Assembly: GCA_010909165.1 (NCBI GenBank)
Contig: VJWM01000103.1
Location: 620,001-684,000, forward strand
Length of the DNA: 64,000 nucleotides
Reading direction: 5' to 3'
DNA from: Anthoceros angustus
Taxonomy: Eukaryota; Plantae; Anthocerotophyta
In this document: piece by piece, positions 22,901 to 36,285 of the stretch
Layout: every line of letters begins with the position of its first letter
Numbering within the stretch: position 1 is the first letter of the stretch
Made by a program: the position numbers and the translations under genes
Notes under the pieces: generated by a model
Database searches by the model: none
Told to the model about the DNA's origin: nothing
What the model saw: only the letters and a program-made list of their open reading frames with translations

Positions 22901-25900
22901 CAGGTTATTTGTTCAAACTATGGCTACAGTGCTGCCGATTTCAGAACATCATTTACCGATGGGCAGGCTCTTTGCTACTTGGTCAGCTTTTACCTGCCAG
23001 AAAAATTTCCCATGCACAACATTCTCAGTGGGGCTTCAAACATGAAGGTAACACCGCATGAGTTTTTCTTGCCAGCCAGATTTTTCTTTGAAAAACTGTC
23101 ACCTACGAATCACCACTTTCATGTCTGTATTACAGGTAGACGGTAAGAGCAATGAATTTGGTTGCAGCTCTCACTCAGACTCGGAGGGGAACGGGGGTAT
23201 ACCAGACCTAGAAATTGCTGCCTGGAATTTTCGCCTTCTGAAAGCTGTTTCTTGCAAGTTCAAAAGCGTTCAACAGGTATTGTGCTGTTGATTTCAACTG
23301 AGACCACAAAGCTGGCTGGACAAGGTCACTTTGGAGTAACGCCGCAATATGATGCAGAATTGTTTTCTGAAGGATCTTCTTGAAGACGATGGAGGGATTT
23401 GTGAGCAGGGAATCATAATCTATGTTGGCTTTTTATGCTCTGAGCTTCTTTGTCGAGACACACTGGTAATTGATTCCTCACTAATAGGAGCTCCAACAAT
23501 AGGCTTCATCAATAGGCTGACGAATTATTATCTTGCGAACAACAAGATTTGCTCACGGCAAAATTTGTACGCCTCGTTCAATTCTTGCACCTCGACTGTA
23601 GGTACACCTTCAAAACCAGGAGGGGACAGTTTTGGACTGGGACTTGGAGCTGATGGCCCAAAGTGTTTCGGTCTCAGAAAACTTGGAAAGCCATCCAGCT
23701 GCTTTGGAGTGTCGAGGTATTTCCTTGCGGTGTCGTCGAAGAAATCTTCGGCCAAATTGAAAAGGCTGCCCTCGTGACTATCAAGGTACTGACTTCTGAC
23801 ACTACTCCGTCATGTAGTTACTGCAGCAATCAAGATACAAACTTGGTACCGAGCTTCCAGAGAAAGATGTAAGTACAAGTCCCTCAAGGCTGCAGTGCTG
23901 CTCATCCAGAGGGCAGTCCGGGTCTGGCTCGTCAAACAAGTGCAGATAAGAAGCCAAGGAGTTCAAAGAAGCGATGAATCTGAACTCATTGCCGTGCAGA
24001 CTCCTCATGGCCACGTGGACAGAGCGCTGGCAGGTATTCAGGCCTTATTTCGGGGGTGGCAGCAGAGACAGAAGTTCAAATACATTCTCGCGGCAGTGCT
24101 AAAGATCCAATGCGCATGGAGGGCTCGAAAGGCTCGTGCAAAGTTTCTTGAAATGAAATCTGCTGCTGCGACAATCCAAAGAAAATGGAGGCAATTACGC
24201 ATGTACAGAATACAGAAACATCAACAGGTTTGTTCAGCTGCTGTCCGGATACAGGCCTGGTGGCGTGGAATTCTTGTCAGAACACTTGTTTGTCGTCTTA
24301 CGGCAGCGGCAACTGTCATAGCAAAGAATTATCGGGCTTATGTGGAGAGGAGGATGTACGAGGATGTGAGAAAAGGTGTTGTGAAACTGCAAGCCCATGT
24401 CAAGTCCAGGATTGTAAGGAGGAAGTTCACTGTTTGCAAGACAGCTGCATGTACAATTCAACGCTGCTATCGGCGTTGGACTGCCAAGCAAAAGCGGGAA
24501 TCTCGTGCTTTGTTGGTCCGTGACCAGGCTGCTCGAACCATACAATATGCTTGGAGGTGTTATGTGGCCGGAAGGAATCGTATCCGCGCTGCTGTGAAAA
24601 TACAAAGTGCTTACAGGGGTTGGATGAAGAGGAATTTGTACAGAAAGGCAAGAGCAAGCATTATCCAGCTCCAGGCACTGCAAAGATGCAAATTCTTGCA
24701 AAAAAGGTTCTCAGAGGGTAAACGAGCTGCTCAGAAAATCCAGGCTGCTTTCCATGGGTATAGTGTTCGCCGACAAATCAGAGTCTGGCAAAGTGCTGCC
24801 TTCCTGATACAGACTCATTATCATAATTATCGTAAGAATCTTGCGGCACAGCAGTGTGCAGCAATCAAAATTCAATGTTATTGGCGGGGTCATGTGGCAA
24901 GGACATCTTACCTTGCTGCTAAAGAGCTCCATGAGAAAAACCTTCATATGACACATGCGTTGCACGCTGAAAGGAAGGCACTTGAGGTTATTGTGGCCAC
25001 CTTCAAGATGAGGAGACAGAGACGTTGGTTCTTAGCATTTCGGAAGTCAGTTCTCTTGGTGCAGAGACGGTGGAGAGTCTATCTGGCAGCTAGAATAGAG
25101 GCAGCTGTTTGTGTTCAGAGGTATGTGCGCGGGTGGATCACTCGCCGCTCTTTTAGCAGGACCCGGAAGTCGGTTATCCTCATTCAGGTGCAATTGCGAC
25201 TACCTATCTGTGTGATGTGACTTACAAAGCATGATGTCTTTAATGAGTGTTTGGTGTATCGTTAATGTGAGGACTGGCAAAGATACGACAGGAAATGCCC
25301 CCTTATTATGCCTGTATTTTTTGTTTCCAGGCTTTCTGGAAGGGTTGCCAGCAGCGGGAGGGGCATACCGAGTTGAAGTTACGGTGCTCGGAACTACGAA
25401 AACGTATGCAGTTGACAGCTCTGAACGTGGAAGACAGCATGAGGCTTGGAAACAGACTCATGGAAGCCCTTGCCTCTCTCTTGAGTAAGAAGACAGTTAG
25501 TAGCATTCTGAACACCTGTGAAACCATTGGTGAGTGACAATCAAAACCTTTTGTTTCTGTTTTAGACGTTTGCCTCTCTCTCTCTTTGTTCAATACTGAT
25601 CTAGTCTGCTGGTCAAACAGATTATGCATCGCAACATTCACAGTTCTGTTGTGAGCGCCTTGTCGAAGGTGGGGCAATTGCCAAGTTGGTGGAGCTCATA
25701 CAGACTACCAACAGGAGCCCCCCGCATGAGCTTGTTTTGAAGCATGCTCTGTCCATCCTTGGAAACATTGCCCGTTTTCCTCTCCTTTCCAAATACATTG
25801 CAGATGACCTGCACTTTATGAGTGTCATCACCGAACAGCTTCACATGTATAGGTTTGTCTGCTTGTTGCAACTCCTCGTGCTGGTCATTTACTGGTGGGT

Positions 25901-26517
25901 AGTCAGCCGGTGGGAAGGTGGTTACATTGTGACGGTAGCCGAGATGTCCCCGTCTGGATCTCCCTGTGCAGAAACAGGGAAGAAGTGTTTCGAAGCGCCT
26001 GGCGTGTATTCCAGCTTGTTTGCACAGTTCCTGTTGGTGTCCACGTGCTGGAGAAAAGCCCATCTGTGTTTCGGAGACTGCACGTCGTGGCTCAGAACTT
26101 AGAGAAGAAGATCGAGGTTGAGAAGAGGTGAGAGAGGAATCTGATCCTCCAAGCTAAAGTGAGCTTGCTTCGTTGTCCGTGTGCTTATCTTTAGGGGTTA
26201 TGTGCTGTAGAAACCAGGAGAGGCTGCCAGCCACAACAACCCTCACTGTCATCCACGCAGCTGAAAGGCGGGTGATCGAGACTGTGCTGCAGTTCGAAAC
26301 GCTGGTTGACTTGATGAAGGATGTGATAAGGGTGGCTCAACGAAGGAGAGGGTGTCAGCAACCTCATGTCCAGATCGTGGCTCAAGGTCAGAACCAGCGA
26401 AGGTCAGGTCAGCATATGGCGAAGGCCCAGAATCGTTCCGGAATTGTGGCGAGTCGACCAAGACAACAATGTCGCATTCCCTTTACGGACCGTTCTAACG
26501 TAACGGGCAGGAGCTAA
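19995..26517 (+). CDS. ASPM: Abnormal spindle-like microcephaly-associated (ASPM) homolog
   Basis: Multi-exon gene. ASPM motifs WLNF, LMAYNAAWLRLGL and GIDGLDGGSPPLF. CH domains (DLRDGVLLFRL, IVDG..LSLLWNI, SFTDGQALCYL). About 18 IQ-like motifs, mostly in the large exon ~23860-25187. C-terminal ARM-like region (NRSPPHELVLKHALSIL). Not every exon boundary was resolved. Confidence 0.9.
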
Positions 26518-27204
26518 TATTATGTTCGTTTTCTGTACATTTGCACCGATTTTGTAATATATTATAATGGAGGTAGGCATCTAAAATGTCTACATAATCA
26601 CGCCTGTCGGATGTAACGTAATGTGACAATCTGATTTGTACACGACATTGTGAATAGACATTTTCTACTTAGGACGGCTAGTCGTTTCTACCGGAAGACA
26701 ATTTTTACATATCTGTCGCGTGGTGGTACATACACTGTTACGTGCGAGAACACATTTTCAAACACTGGAACTATCAATACGCCACCTGTAATGTCCACCT
26801 CACGGTGGAAGAGCTGTGTGGCAACAGTTATACACTACCATACCAAATAATGCCTACAGACAAATAAACTGCGAACTCGGCCCAGTGTTCCTGAGTTAGG
26901 GACGCCGAAACTAGTCACTCTGTTAAAACAAGACACTGCAAGATGCCTTCGGACCTTGCTCCAGCGGACTCTATCAGGATATAGATTTGTCTTATTCCCA
27001 GATCTGCTAAACAGATCACACTCTCAATGCATCTTCCATCTCCACCAGCGAAGTAATTAGAGTCAGAAACTGTGAACCTCGCTGGGGAATCAGTTGTCAA
27101 AAGACTACTGTCAGACTCTGTACCTCCATCGTTGTTGTTAGGCCATGCGGGTAGTCAACAGAGATATACCTCCCGCATAAAAAGAATCGAACCAATCCAA
27201 TGTG

Positions 27205-28305
27205 TCAGCAATTCTGACGGACTGTGCAAGCCACAGCCTGCGCCCAATGCCTCAGGCGAGTTTTCACTTGCTGAGGGTGGTCACCTGCACCGCAAGAAAC
27301 GCTCGTCAGGCCAGCAGCTTCGGGTCAGGGCCCGGCAGGGCAGCCAAAGCAAAAAACACTAGACACTAAACAAAAGCATGAGCAAGGAAGGTGAAAATGC
27401 ATACCAGGACTACTGATAGTCCAAGAATGTTTCGGAGAGTTGGTCAAGCTCCCTCCAGCACGCTCCAGCGTGGAGACAGGCGAGGAGCGCTCGTTGTACG
27501 AGCGGGCAATAGCATAGCACAGCTCCAGCGCGGGCAGAGTATTGCAAAGCTGGGGATCTTCACGCTCGTTGCTGAATCCGAACCCTAGATCAATGCATCC
27601 CCGCAGCTCGTCCAAGTCCTCGTCAGTCAAGCTCCTGGTCCGAGCACGGGCCCGGGAGCTGGGGCGAGGCCAAGACCGGTCGCCGCAGTCCGACGCGCTG
27701 CGGCCCACGGCTTTGGCGATCTGCTCCTCCTTCATCAGCTCCATCTCCTCCTGCAGCACCTTCTGGCTCCTGCGCTCCCAGGCCTCGTCCCGCGAAATGA
27801 GAGTGCTGAGCGACCTCTGGCTCCGCAGCCTGCGGTGACCCCTCCTCCCCTGCCTTCCCGCGGCCGCAACCTCCACCACCGGCGACGGCGTCTCCGGCGT
27901 CCACCCCGCCTCCGCCTCCGCCTCCGCCTCCTCCCCTCCCCGCCTTGAAGTCGCTGGGCACCGAGGCCCCGGAACAGCCCGTCTCCAGCTTGGCCGGGGC
28001 CTCCGCCGAGCTCCCTCCCCGAGCAGGCTGGGGTCCCCGTGCCGCTGCCGGTGCGACCCGAACCCCGCGAACGGCTTTATCTCCGTCCGCTTCAGAATCT
28101 CGGCCGACAGCTCCTCGTCCTCCCCGAGAGAGCACATCCCGAACAGCTCCCTCTCGTCCAGAAAGTCCTCGGACTCCTCCGACACCAACGTATCCCGCTC
28201 GCAGGCCACCCCCTCTCCTCCCCCTCCCCCGCCTTCCCCTTCGGGAGGCTCATCGGCCCCCGCAGCCCCCACAGGGGCCAGCAGAATATGGTCCTTTCCA
28301 GACAT
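27205..28305 (-). CDS. DUF1685 family protein
   Basis: Exons 28305-27405 and 27284-27205 give RSLTDEDLDELRGCIDLGFGF..LCNTLPALELCYA..WTISSPGDHPQQVKTRLRHWAQAVAC. Confidence 0.9.
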
Positions 28306-28959
28306 ATCTACAGCAACACCAGCAGCCCCAACGGCACCTGATCCGCAGCCACGGCTCCCGATCCCGATGCCAAGCTCAAGCAATGCGCTCCCTAGCTCTA
28401 CAACAAGTCTGTACAATCACTCTACCGGGCTGAAAACTTCAACAGGGTCAGCAGCAGCAGAAACAGAATGAGAAGGAGGAGAAGAAGGAGGAGCAGAAAG
28501 TCGAGGAGGAAGAAGAAAAGAAGGAGGTCAGAGATGCAGGAAGAAAGGAAGTTGCAGCAGCGTAGATAGTCTGCAGAGCAGCAGCAGGAGCAGCAGGAGC
28601 AGCAGGGCAGCGATGGCTGCCCGCAGAGGGGCAGATCGGGCGAGTCTCGCAATCAGTCTCAGGCAGGAGGGCGAGGCAGCGGCGCTGCGGAGGCTTGGAG
28701 CTCCGCCCGCCCGAGTGTCGGGCTGGCGTCCGCCTGGAAGCGATGGCGTGGCCTGGCGGGCCGCACCTCCATACATTCCATAGCTGCTGCCCTCTCTTTC
28801 ATCTTTCATGTGGGCCGCGGCCGGCGAATCTCCCCCGGCGATACCGTGCCACCCCGTTCGCGCGTTCGCGCCCTTTCCTTTCCCGTTTGGGCTCAGAAAA
28901 GGAAAAACCTTTTTTGTACAAGCCGGGCGCCGGGCTGGCCACGAATGCCAGAAAGAGAC

Positions 28960-28989
28960 GCAGGCCCACGCAGGCCCACGCAGGCCCAC
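28960..28989. promoter_or_regulatory. (GCAGGCCCAC)x3: phased TCP/site II-like motifs upstream of the DUF1685 gene
   Basis: Three exact 10-bp repeats, each containing GGCCCAC (GTGGGCC on the minus strand). Confidence 0.5.
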
Positions 28990-30488
28990 TGCCGCTATTG
29001 ACAAGCCAGGTTGTTAGGTGCGTCGGATGCCACATGCTTCGCTTTTCGCTATCCCGTTCTATCATGCTCAAAGCGTTGTACCAACCAGTCCACACCGCCC
29101 CTTCCCCCTTCTCCTCTGGCTCCTCTGCCGATACACATGTTCATATATCCATTCCTTTTTTTAAACACAGCCCATAGCATCTCCGGAGGTCTTCACTCCC
29201 TGCACACGTTATAGCTTACTTTCAACACGTTACATCTGGCAGCGCAAGATATCATACACCGACCTCCTCTCTATTTTAAACATTCAATTCCTACATATGT
29301 AGTTCATGCAGTTAGATATCTACCTTATACAAGAATTGCACCCATTGACCAACTTCATATCTTTTATGTCCTATATCCATTCTTCCTTTCCATTAGTATT
29401 CTACACTTCTCATTCTCTCATCAACTCGTTATAAGTTCGTTCTCATTTGATAGGTAGTGGAGATTATAGCGAGAACTCAATTACGTTTCTTCATAGTTGT
29501 CCAGCACATTTCGTTGCCACTTTCGTAACATGGCTATTCTAATATTGGCGAAACTGTTGTTTGACAAATGGTCAACTTGAAGACTATGACCTACGTCACG
29601 CCCAAATCCTTACAAGTCAAACCATGCGCACATTTCACGCCCTTCCACGCGTTATGGGACTTGTAGATCTGCAACCTGCCCACGAGCCACAGTACTTATG
29701 TACTTATGTACTTCCGGTCAAACTTGCACGTGCAAAGCAAAGGGATACAGTATGTACATCTGTACATATTTGTATGTACCTCTTCGTGTAGGAACATTCG
29801 ACGCCATTTTTGTTAGTACATTGATGGGTTCTACACATCTACATATGTACGTTGAAGTAGTCCAAGGACGATCCAAATTGTAAAGACATTCTACTTTCTT
29901 GATCATTACTTCGTCCATTCATTAAAATATTCACACATATGTATGTACATAAAAATTACTTACATATTATATCCTAAAGATTCATCCAACTTAAGGTTTT
30001 TCATCCATGTACACATAAGTACATAATCAACCTAAATCGAATATCTCACATTTTGAGACGCTAGAATAAGAATGTTAGAATTAAAAGCTATAACACCTTT
30101 GGTAACCTATAGCACCTATGTATTATAGCACATGGAGAGCCTGAGCTGATGGTATATATCAAGTTGGACAACTACTATGATATTTAGTCTCTAATTTGGA
30201 ACATGTGACACAACTTCCCCATAGCCCATTATGCAATATTGTTGGACACTTCCATGGTTTTCTAATCCGATATGTGGTTTTTATCTCAAGCCACTTTCAA
30301 CTCATTTTTAAATCTAATTTTTATATCTAAACGTTAAAATAGAAGATAACAGTTGAAAAGAGTTGAAAATCTATTCAAAGAATAATATAATTTGAACTGA
30401 TGCATCTAGTATTGTGTAGTGTTTACTTCTTTTACTTGATTTTGAAGATTTTTTAATTTATTATAGGGATAATGAATCATAATTTTTA

Positions 30489-31571
30489 TTAGACTTTCTT
30501 AGAAAAAATTGAAAAAAAGGACTCTATGGGTGAACGAAATACAATGGAACGTGCAATCTTGAAATCAATCATTGCCACAACTTTCGGTAAAAAAGGATGG
30601 AACGAAAGGGAGTGAGACGTTCTTAAAAAAGATGTCGTACCAAAGCATAAAGATACCAGATAATTTGTCCATGCTTCGTCCACCCTTCTAATTTGAGGTG
30701 TAAGGTACAAAGCAGGTCACAAGTTCTCCAACTTCACCAATACTGTCTCCGACACCACTTTCTTGGCGCATGCAGATTCCATGATGCGTGTCAGTGGATC
30801 CTCCTCCCATATAGCATCTTCCAGTCTCTCCTCGTCTGTCGCAACATGGACTGTTCGGACGTGTTCGGACACTGCTTCCTCGGCGCTCACAGCTTTACGC
30901 CTCGTCTTCTTTTTCCCTGTATCCATTTGTTCACACTTATAGCGGCTACTACCTCTAGCAGCATTTTTCGAGGCTGACTTCCACTTCTCTAGCACATGAG
31001 ACATCAGGAGGGTGCCGGCCGGCCAACGCCCTGTACCTGTTTCTAGCTCATATCTAGCCGTCGGGACTTCCATACACTGGCCAGGCGTACTATACTTCAC
31101 AATAATATCTGCATTCCTATCCTCTACTTAGGCATCAGACTCCTCCATATCATCATCTGAACGACCTAGAATATCCCGGATTGGCCCATCATCCACATCA
31201 AGATGTGGACGATGGGCCAATCCGAGATATTCTAGATCCCGTTCACTACCTTTAGGGCTGTGTACCTCCTCCTCAACTTCTTGCAGCTGACCCCTACTGC
31301 GTCTAAGCGCCATGACCCTCCTGTGATCGAGAGCGGACTGTATAATCTCCGCAAACAAGGAACGGATGGCCTTCCCATTTGTCTAGCCTTCAAGACACAA
31401 CACAGCATTGATACAGTATTTGTTAAACGTTAACAGTGCAGCCAACACGATGAACAAGTCCATTTGTGGCGCAACTTTCGCTGACGGCCAGCCGGGCGCG
31501 CACAATCCCGTGTCGTTGTAGTAAGGGGTCCGCTCCCAAGAGAATGACGGGCTCCATTTGTCGGGTTTCAA
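30489..31571 (-). pseudogene. Relic ~360-codon ORF of unknown family, interrupted by three stops
   Basis: Track ORFs 31383-31571, 31128-31358, 30717-31100 and 30489-30710 share one frame and are separated by single TAG, TAA and TGA codons. Confidence 0.6.
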
Positions 31572-32364
31572 TCGTTTCTGTCCGTTTCGGACTCAAACAC
31601 ATACATTTATCGTTCCCACTACTATCTACTCGTGATGTCCACCGAACAGGCTTGGTGAGGCCAAACGTTTAAGGACTCGTTTGCGTCCGTATCATTCCAG
31701 TCCGTCCCTCTTACCACTCTCGTTACACTCATCTAAAATCACTCACGCCAAAATCTCCACATCTCTCGCGACACTCAACGTCCTTTGAAAAAAATGGGCG
31801 GGCTGCGTGGTCCGGACCTCCTCCGTCGTTCACCGGGCCTCTCTGTCCGGCTCTACCGCCCGGAGTTCCTCCGCTCACCTGCCCGGTCCACCCAACGTCG
31901 GTTGTTGCTACGGGCGAGCAAGGGTCCCCGATCGTTCGTCCTGCACACACCACCACGTTAGGGTCCGTCACGGGACTGGATCGATCTCTCCGGGCGTGCA
32001 CCTTTCGGTGACTCGGGACTCACGGTAGCAAGAAGGCGCACAAGTGCGCAAAATGCGATCAACACCAAGAGAAAGATACTTTACTAGAGCATCGGCCCTC
32101 TTATACTACGCCCAAGGTCGTCTTTATTACACTCCTATTATTTGTGGCCAGCTCGGTGGGCCCTTGGCGCCTACTATCTCCTTATTCCGCCTATCTATCT
32201 TTGTCGGTGGTGGGGGGGTTGCTCAGTTCCGCCTCGGCGTTGGCGGCCCAAGCCTAGCCACGACAAGCGCGCAATCGGATGATCCATGGCGGGCCCCTAC
32301 CTCCCCGAGACTGCTGTGAGCTCTCAGGCGGCGGCCCCAACCAACCAAGTCCTCCTCCTCCTCT

Positions 32365-32632
32365 CCCTACTAGAAATGGCAGCCCATGTTACACTTTATG
32401 TTAAGATTTGGACCCCTGGATGTAACACTTATGTTGCAATTTTGGGGTCATGTAACACTTTTGGGCCTCTTGTTACACTTTGGCTTGGAAACCAAGCTGG
32501 GCGTTTGTTGCAACCATGTTGCAATGGTGTTGCAATTATGTTGAGATGAAGTGAGAGGTGCTTTTGTCCTCTCAAGATTGCAACAAGATTGCAACATATA
32601 AAGTGTTACAAGAAAAGTCTTGTAACACTTTT
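32365..32632 (+). mobile_element. CACTA-like transposon terminus with subterminal repeats
   Basis: CCCTACTAGAAA (one mismatch to CACTACTAGAAA) is followed by many TGTAACACTT/TGTTACACTT and GTTGCAA/TTGCAAC copies in both orientations. No partner TIR found. Confidence 0.5.
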
Positions 32633-32764
32633 GGAGGCTTGGTACCTCCTCTGAGCGAGGCCCACCAAGGCAAGAGATCTCTTGCCTTGCTGGTGGGCCC
32701 TCGTTCAGCGGGCCCTCTAAGAGATGGTTCCGTCAGGGCAGGGGATAGGTGACTCCCCTCTGCA

Positions 32765-35700
32765 CCCCGAGTCTGGACCTCAAGGTCTAGTCTCGACTCT
32801 GGAGTCCGGACTTCCAGGTCCGGTCTTCTCTCGAGTCCGGACCTCGGTCCGTCTTCTTCGAGTCCGGACCTCAGGTGGGTCTCGTCACTAAGTCTGGACC
32901 TCGCGGTCGGACTTTCTTCTGAGCCCGGACCTCGGGGTCCGCCTCTTCAGTCCGGACAAAGTCCGGCTCATGACTGGCTTCCCCTCATTGGACTTTTCAA
33001 TGGTTCACCCACTGAGCCCTCCCGTGGGTCCAGGTTCCCCGGAGTTGCTCCCTCCGTAGCCTCCCCAGGACCTTCCTCCCTTCCCTCCGTGGTGGGGTGC
33101 GGAGTGCTTACCTCCGGTGCAGCGACATCCCTTGTATCCTGTTCCTCCTGCTGCTCCCCCTCTCCACTGCTGCTGTCGTCGTCGAACAACGCACCTAAGG
33201 TCCCGGTTGCCATGCTGTCTCCGGGGCCTTCCTCCCTCGCTCCTTCTTCTGACCCAGCTGGGGGTCCGTCCATCTGCTGGGGGTGGCGTAGGACCTCTAG
33301 GGCCTTGAGGAGCTCTGCGTGGTAGTAGGCAAAGTCTGAATCGACTTGTTGAATTGCCTCTTCCACATGGGCCCGGAGCACCCGGTACTCCCTTCGCCAA
33401 AGGTGCTCGGCGGTTAGGCGTCTTGGCCGCCTACTATCTCCTTATTCCGCCTCGGCCGACCATGGCGGTGAATCCGTGAGGCCGTCAAGGAAGCCTCCAT
33501 TACCTCCTGCAGCCTCCGCTGCTGCTCCGCCTGCTCCATCTTTCCTCGTTGCTGCACCTCGGCCAGCTTAACGGCCATAGCGCAACGCTCTCCTTCCGCC
33601 CTCTGCAGCTGGAGCAGCAGCTTCCTCTCCGCGTCCATAGCCCTTGCCCCCCCATTCATCCGGGCCTGGAGCTCCGCCATCTCTCTCTCCAGGCGGTCCG
33701 TCACCTCCGCCCGACTCCTGGCTTCCCCCAGCTCTCTCTCCAATTCGACGACGGCCAACTCCTTGGCCCGTCGTAGGCTTCCCTCCGCCCTGCAGCAAGA
33801 CTGTAGACGCTCGATCTCCTGCTCGAAGTCTTTGATTCTCTCTTTGAGAATCCCGTGTTGCTCAAGCCAGCGTCTTGGAGTTGCGGCTCAGGTGTCCTTC
33901 TCCTCCGCTCTTCCTCCCTCCTCGCTTCACTTTGTGCCGGAGATCCCCTATCTCCCGGGTGCTGGCCTCCATTCCCCTCACGGCTGCCCGTGCTTGGGCC
34001 TCCTGTGACCTTCCTCCCTCCGTAGCCTCCCGGACCTTCCTCCCTCCACCGGTTCCATCAGCCGGCTAGTGATCCCGGTCGACCTGCATGACTTCGCCTC
34101 CGCGCCGCCTTCACCAGCCTCACGGCTTGGTGTTGGTCCACCAGCCGCCTCGGCCAGTCGCGGCGTTTTCCGCCTCGGCCCTCCTCCGCCTCATACGCTC
34201 TTCCTCCCTCCGTTTGTAGAGGTCTTCAGCCGTGCTTGGGCCTCCGCCGCCTTCACGCCGCGGTGAAGGACCTCGGTCCGGTCTTCTTCGAGTCCGGACC
34301 TCGGTCCGGACCTCTCGCTCCACCGGCGTTTTCCCTCCTCGATTCGGGCGAGGATTCCGCCTTCTTCGCCTCCTAGGCCGCCTCTACCGCCCTTGAAGTT
34401 CCACCATCCTTGGCCGGTGGCCCCACTTCTTGGGTCTTCTCCGCTATTCATGAGACCCCAAAGCATACCGTCCATGACGGTGGCTAAAACTCCAGCGTTT
34501 CTTCCACGGCCGTGAGGAGATGCCTGTGAAGTCCGTTGTGGGCGCGGCATCTCCCGGTCCGAAGGACCGCCATCCCAGTCCGAGCAGCCCTCTTGGCCGT
34601 CCGGACCTAATCAGACCCTCGGGTCCTGAGGCCGTCAAGGAAGCCTCCATTAAATCCTGCAGCCTCCATTTGGTGCCGCCTGCTCATCTTTCCTCGTTCT
34701 TGCACCCGGCGTTTTCCGCCTCGGCCCTCCTCCGCTCTTCCTCCCTCCGCCTCCTCTGGAGCAGCGGCTTTCTCTCGCGTCCATAGCCCTTGCCCCCATT
34801 CATCCGGATGGAGCTCCGTCATCTCTCTCGAGGCGGTCAGTCACCTCACGCTCCCACTTCCCCGGCTCTCTCTCCAATTCGGCGGCCAACTCCTTGGCCG
34901 TCGTGGCTTCCCGATCATAACAAGGTAGACGCTCGATCTCACCGCCGAAGTCTTTGATTCTCTCTTTGAGAATCCGTGTTGCTCAAGCCAGCGTCTTGGA
35001 GTTGCGGCTCAGGTGTCCTTCTCCTCCGCCTTCTTCGCCTCCGCCTCCTCCGCTTCCCTGCAGTACGGAGATCCCTATCTCCCGGGTGCTGGCCTCCATT
35101 CCCCTCACGGCTTGGTGTTGGTCCACCAGCCGCCTCGGCCCTCCTCCGCCTTCTTCTTCGCCTCCGCCTTCCTCCCTCCGTTGTGTGGTTTGGAGCTCCT
35201 CCGCCTCCTAGGCCGCCTCCGCGCCGCCTTCACCAGCCTCACGGCTTGGTGTTGGTCCACCAGCCGCCTCGGCCAGTCGCGGCGTTTTCCGCGCCTCGGC
35301 CCTCCTCGCCTCATACGCTCTTCCTCCCTCCGTTTGTAGAGGTCTTCAGCCGTGCTTGGGCCTCCATTCCCCTCACGGCCTTGAGGAGATGCCTGTGAAG
35401 GACCTCGGTCCGGTCTTCTTGAGCCGTCCGGACCTCTCGCTCCACCGGCGTTTTCCCTCCTCGATTCGGGCGAGGGATTCCGCCTTCTTCTTCGCCTCCT
35501 AGGCCGCCTCTACCTGCCCTTGAAGTTCCACCATCCTTCGCCGGGTGGCCCCACTTCTTGGGTCTTCTCCGCTATTCCGCACTGAGACCCCAAAGCATAC
35601 CGTGGCTAAAACTCCAGCGTTTCTTCCACGACCGGGGAGATGCCCAGGAAGTCCGTTGTGGGCGCGGGCATCTCCCGATCCGCCTCGGCCCTCCTCGATT

Positions 35701-36285
35701 CGGGCGAGTCGGGGCCCGGGACCTCTGTCCGGGACCCTCAGTCCTGAGTCTTGTCCGAGCCTCGCCTTCCTTAGCCCTCTTGGCCGCTAACTCCTTCTCA
35801 GCCCTTCTCCTCCACAGGACTCGGAGGTGGAGAAGGAGTCAGCCAGCCCTCTTGCCTCTCGCCGGCAGTGACGGTCACCAGTAATCGCTGAGGTGCATGG
35901 CCTACTCCCGACTTACGCTTCCGCTTACTCTGGCCTTACGCCGCCGCGTACTCTAAACTTACGCCACCGAACTGTACTCGGGGCGTGAATACCTGCCTAT
36001 AACGGCCACTGGCAACCCTGCGGTCCTAGTCTACTGCATGCCCGTCTACCACTCAGCACCGTCCACGTGGCTTCGTCTGTCTAAATCACGCTCCAACTTC
36101 TAAGTTACTTTACTTAGCGTACTTATCTCGTTCCGCCCCGGACTGTGGTCCGGACTTATCCCGATACTCCGTTGTGTGGTTTGGAGCTCCTCCGGAGTGT
36201 GCTCCGGAGTCCTTCCACCTGCTCCGGAGTCCTTACTCCGGAGTGCAGTCCGGAGTGCATACCGGAGTAGTCCGGACTTATTTCT
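32765..36285 (-). mobile_element. GC-rich element fragment with a broken coiled-coil ORF, possibly the extra-ORF region of a Tat/Retand-type Ty3 element
   Basis: Frameshifted E/R/A-rich coiled-coil ORF pieces (33414-33758, 32968-33381) are flanked by arrays of GAGTCCGGACCTC (32765-32965) and TCCGGAG (36130-36285). No RT or integrase seen. Confidence 0.45.
33477..35675. repeat. Imperfect tandem duplication, ~1.1 kb unit x2
   Basis: tgaggccgtcaaggaagcctccatta occurs at 33477 and 34627, and agtccgttgtgggcgcgg at 34530 and 35650. Many small indels separate the copies. Confidence 0.85.

Noticed and set aside
32765-32965. Spaced GAGTCCGGACCTC repeats superficially like a CRISPR array
   Set aside because: Eukaryotic context, degenerate short units, spacers related to one another, and no cas genes.
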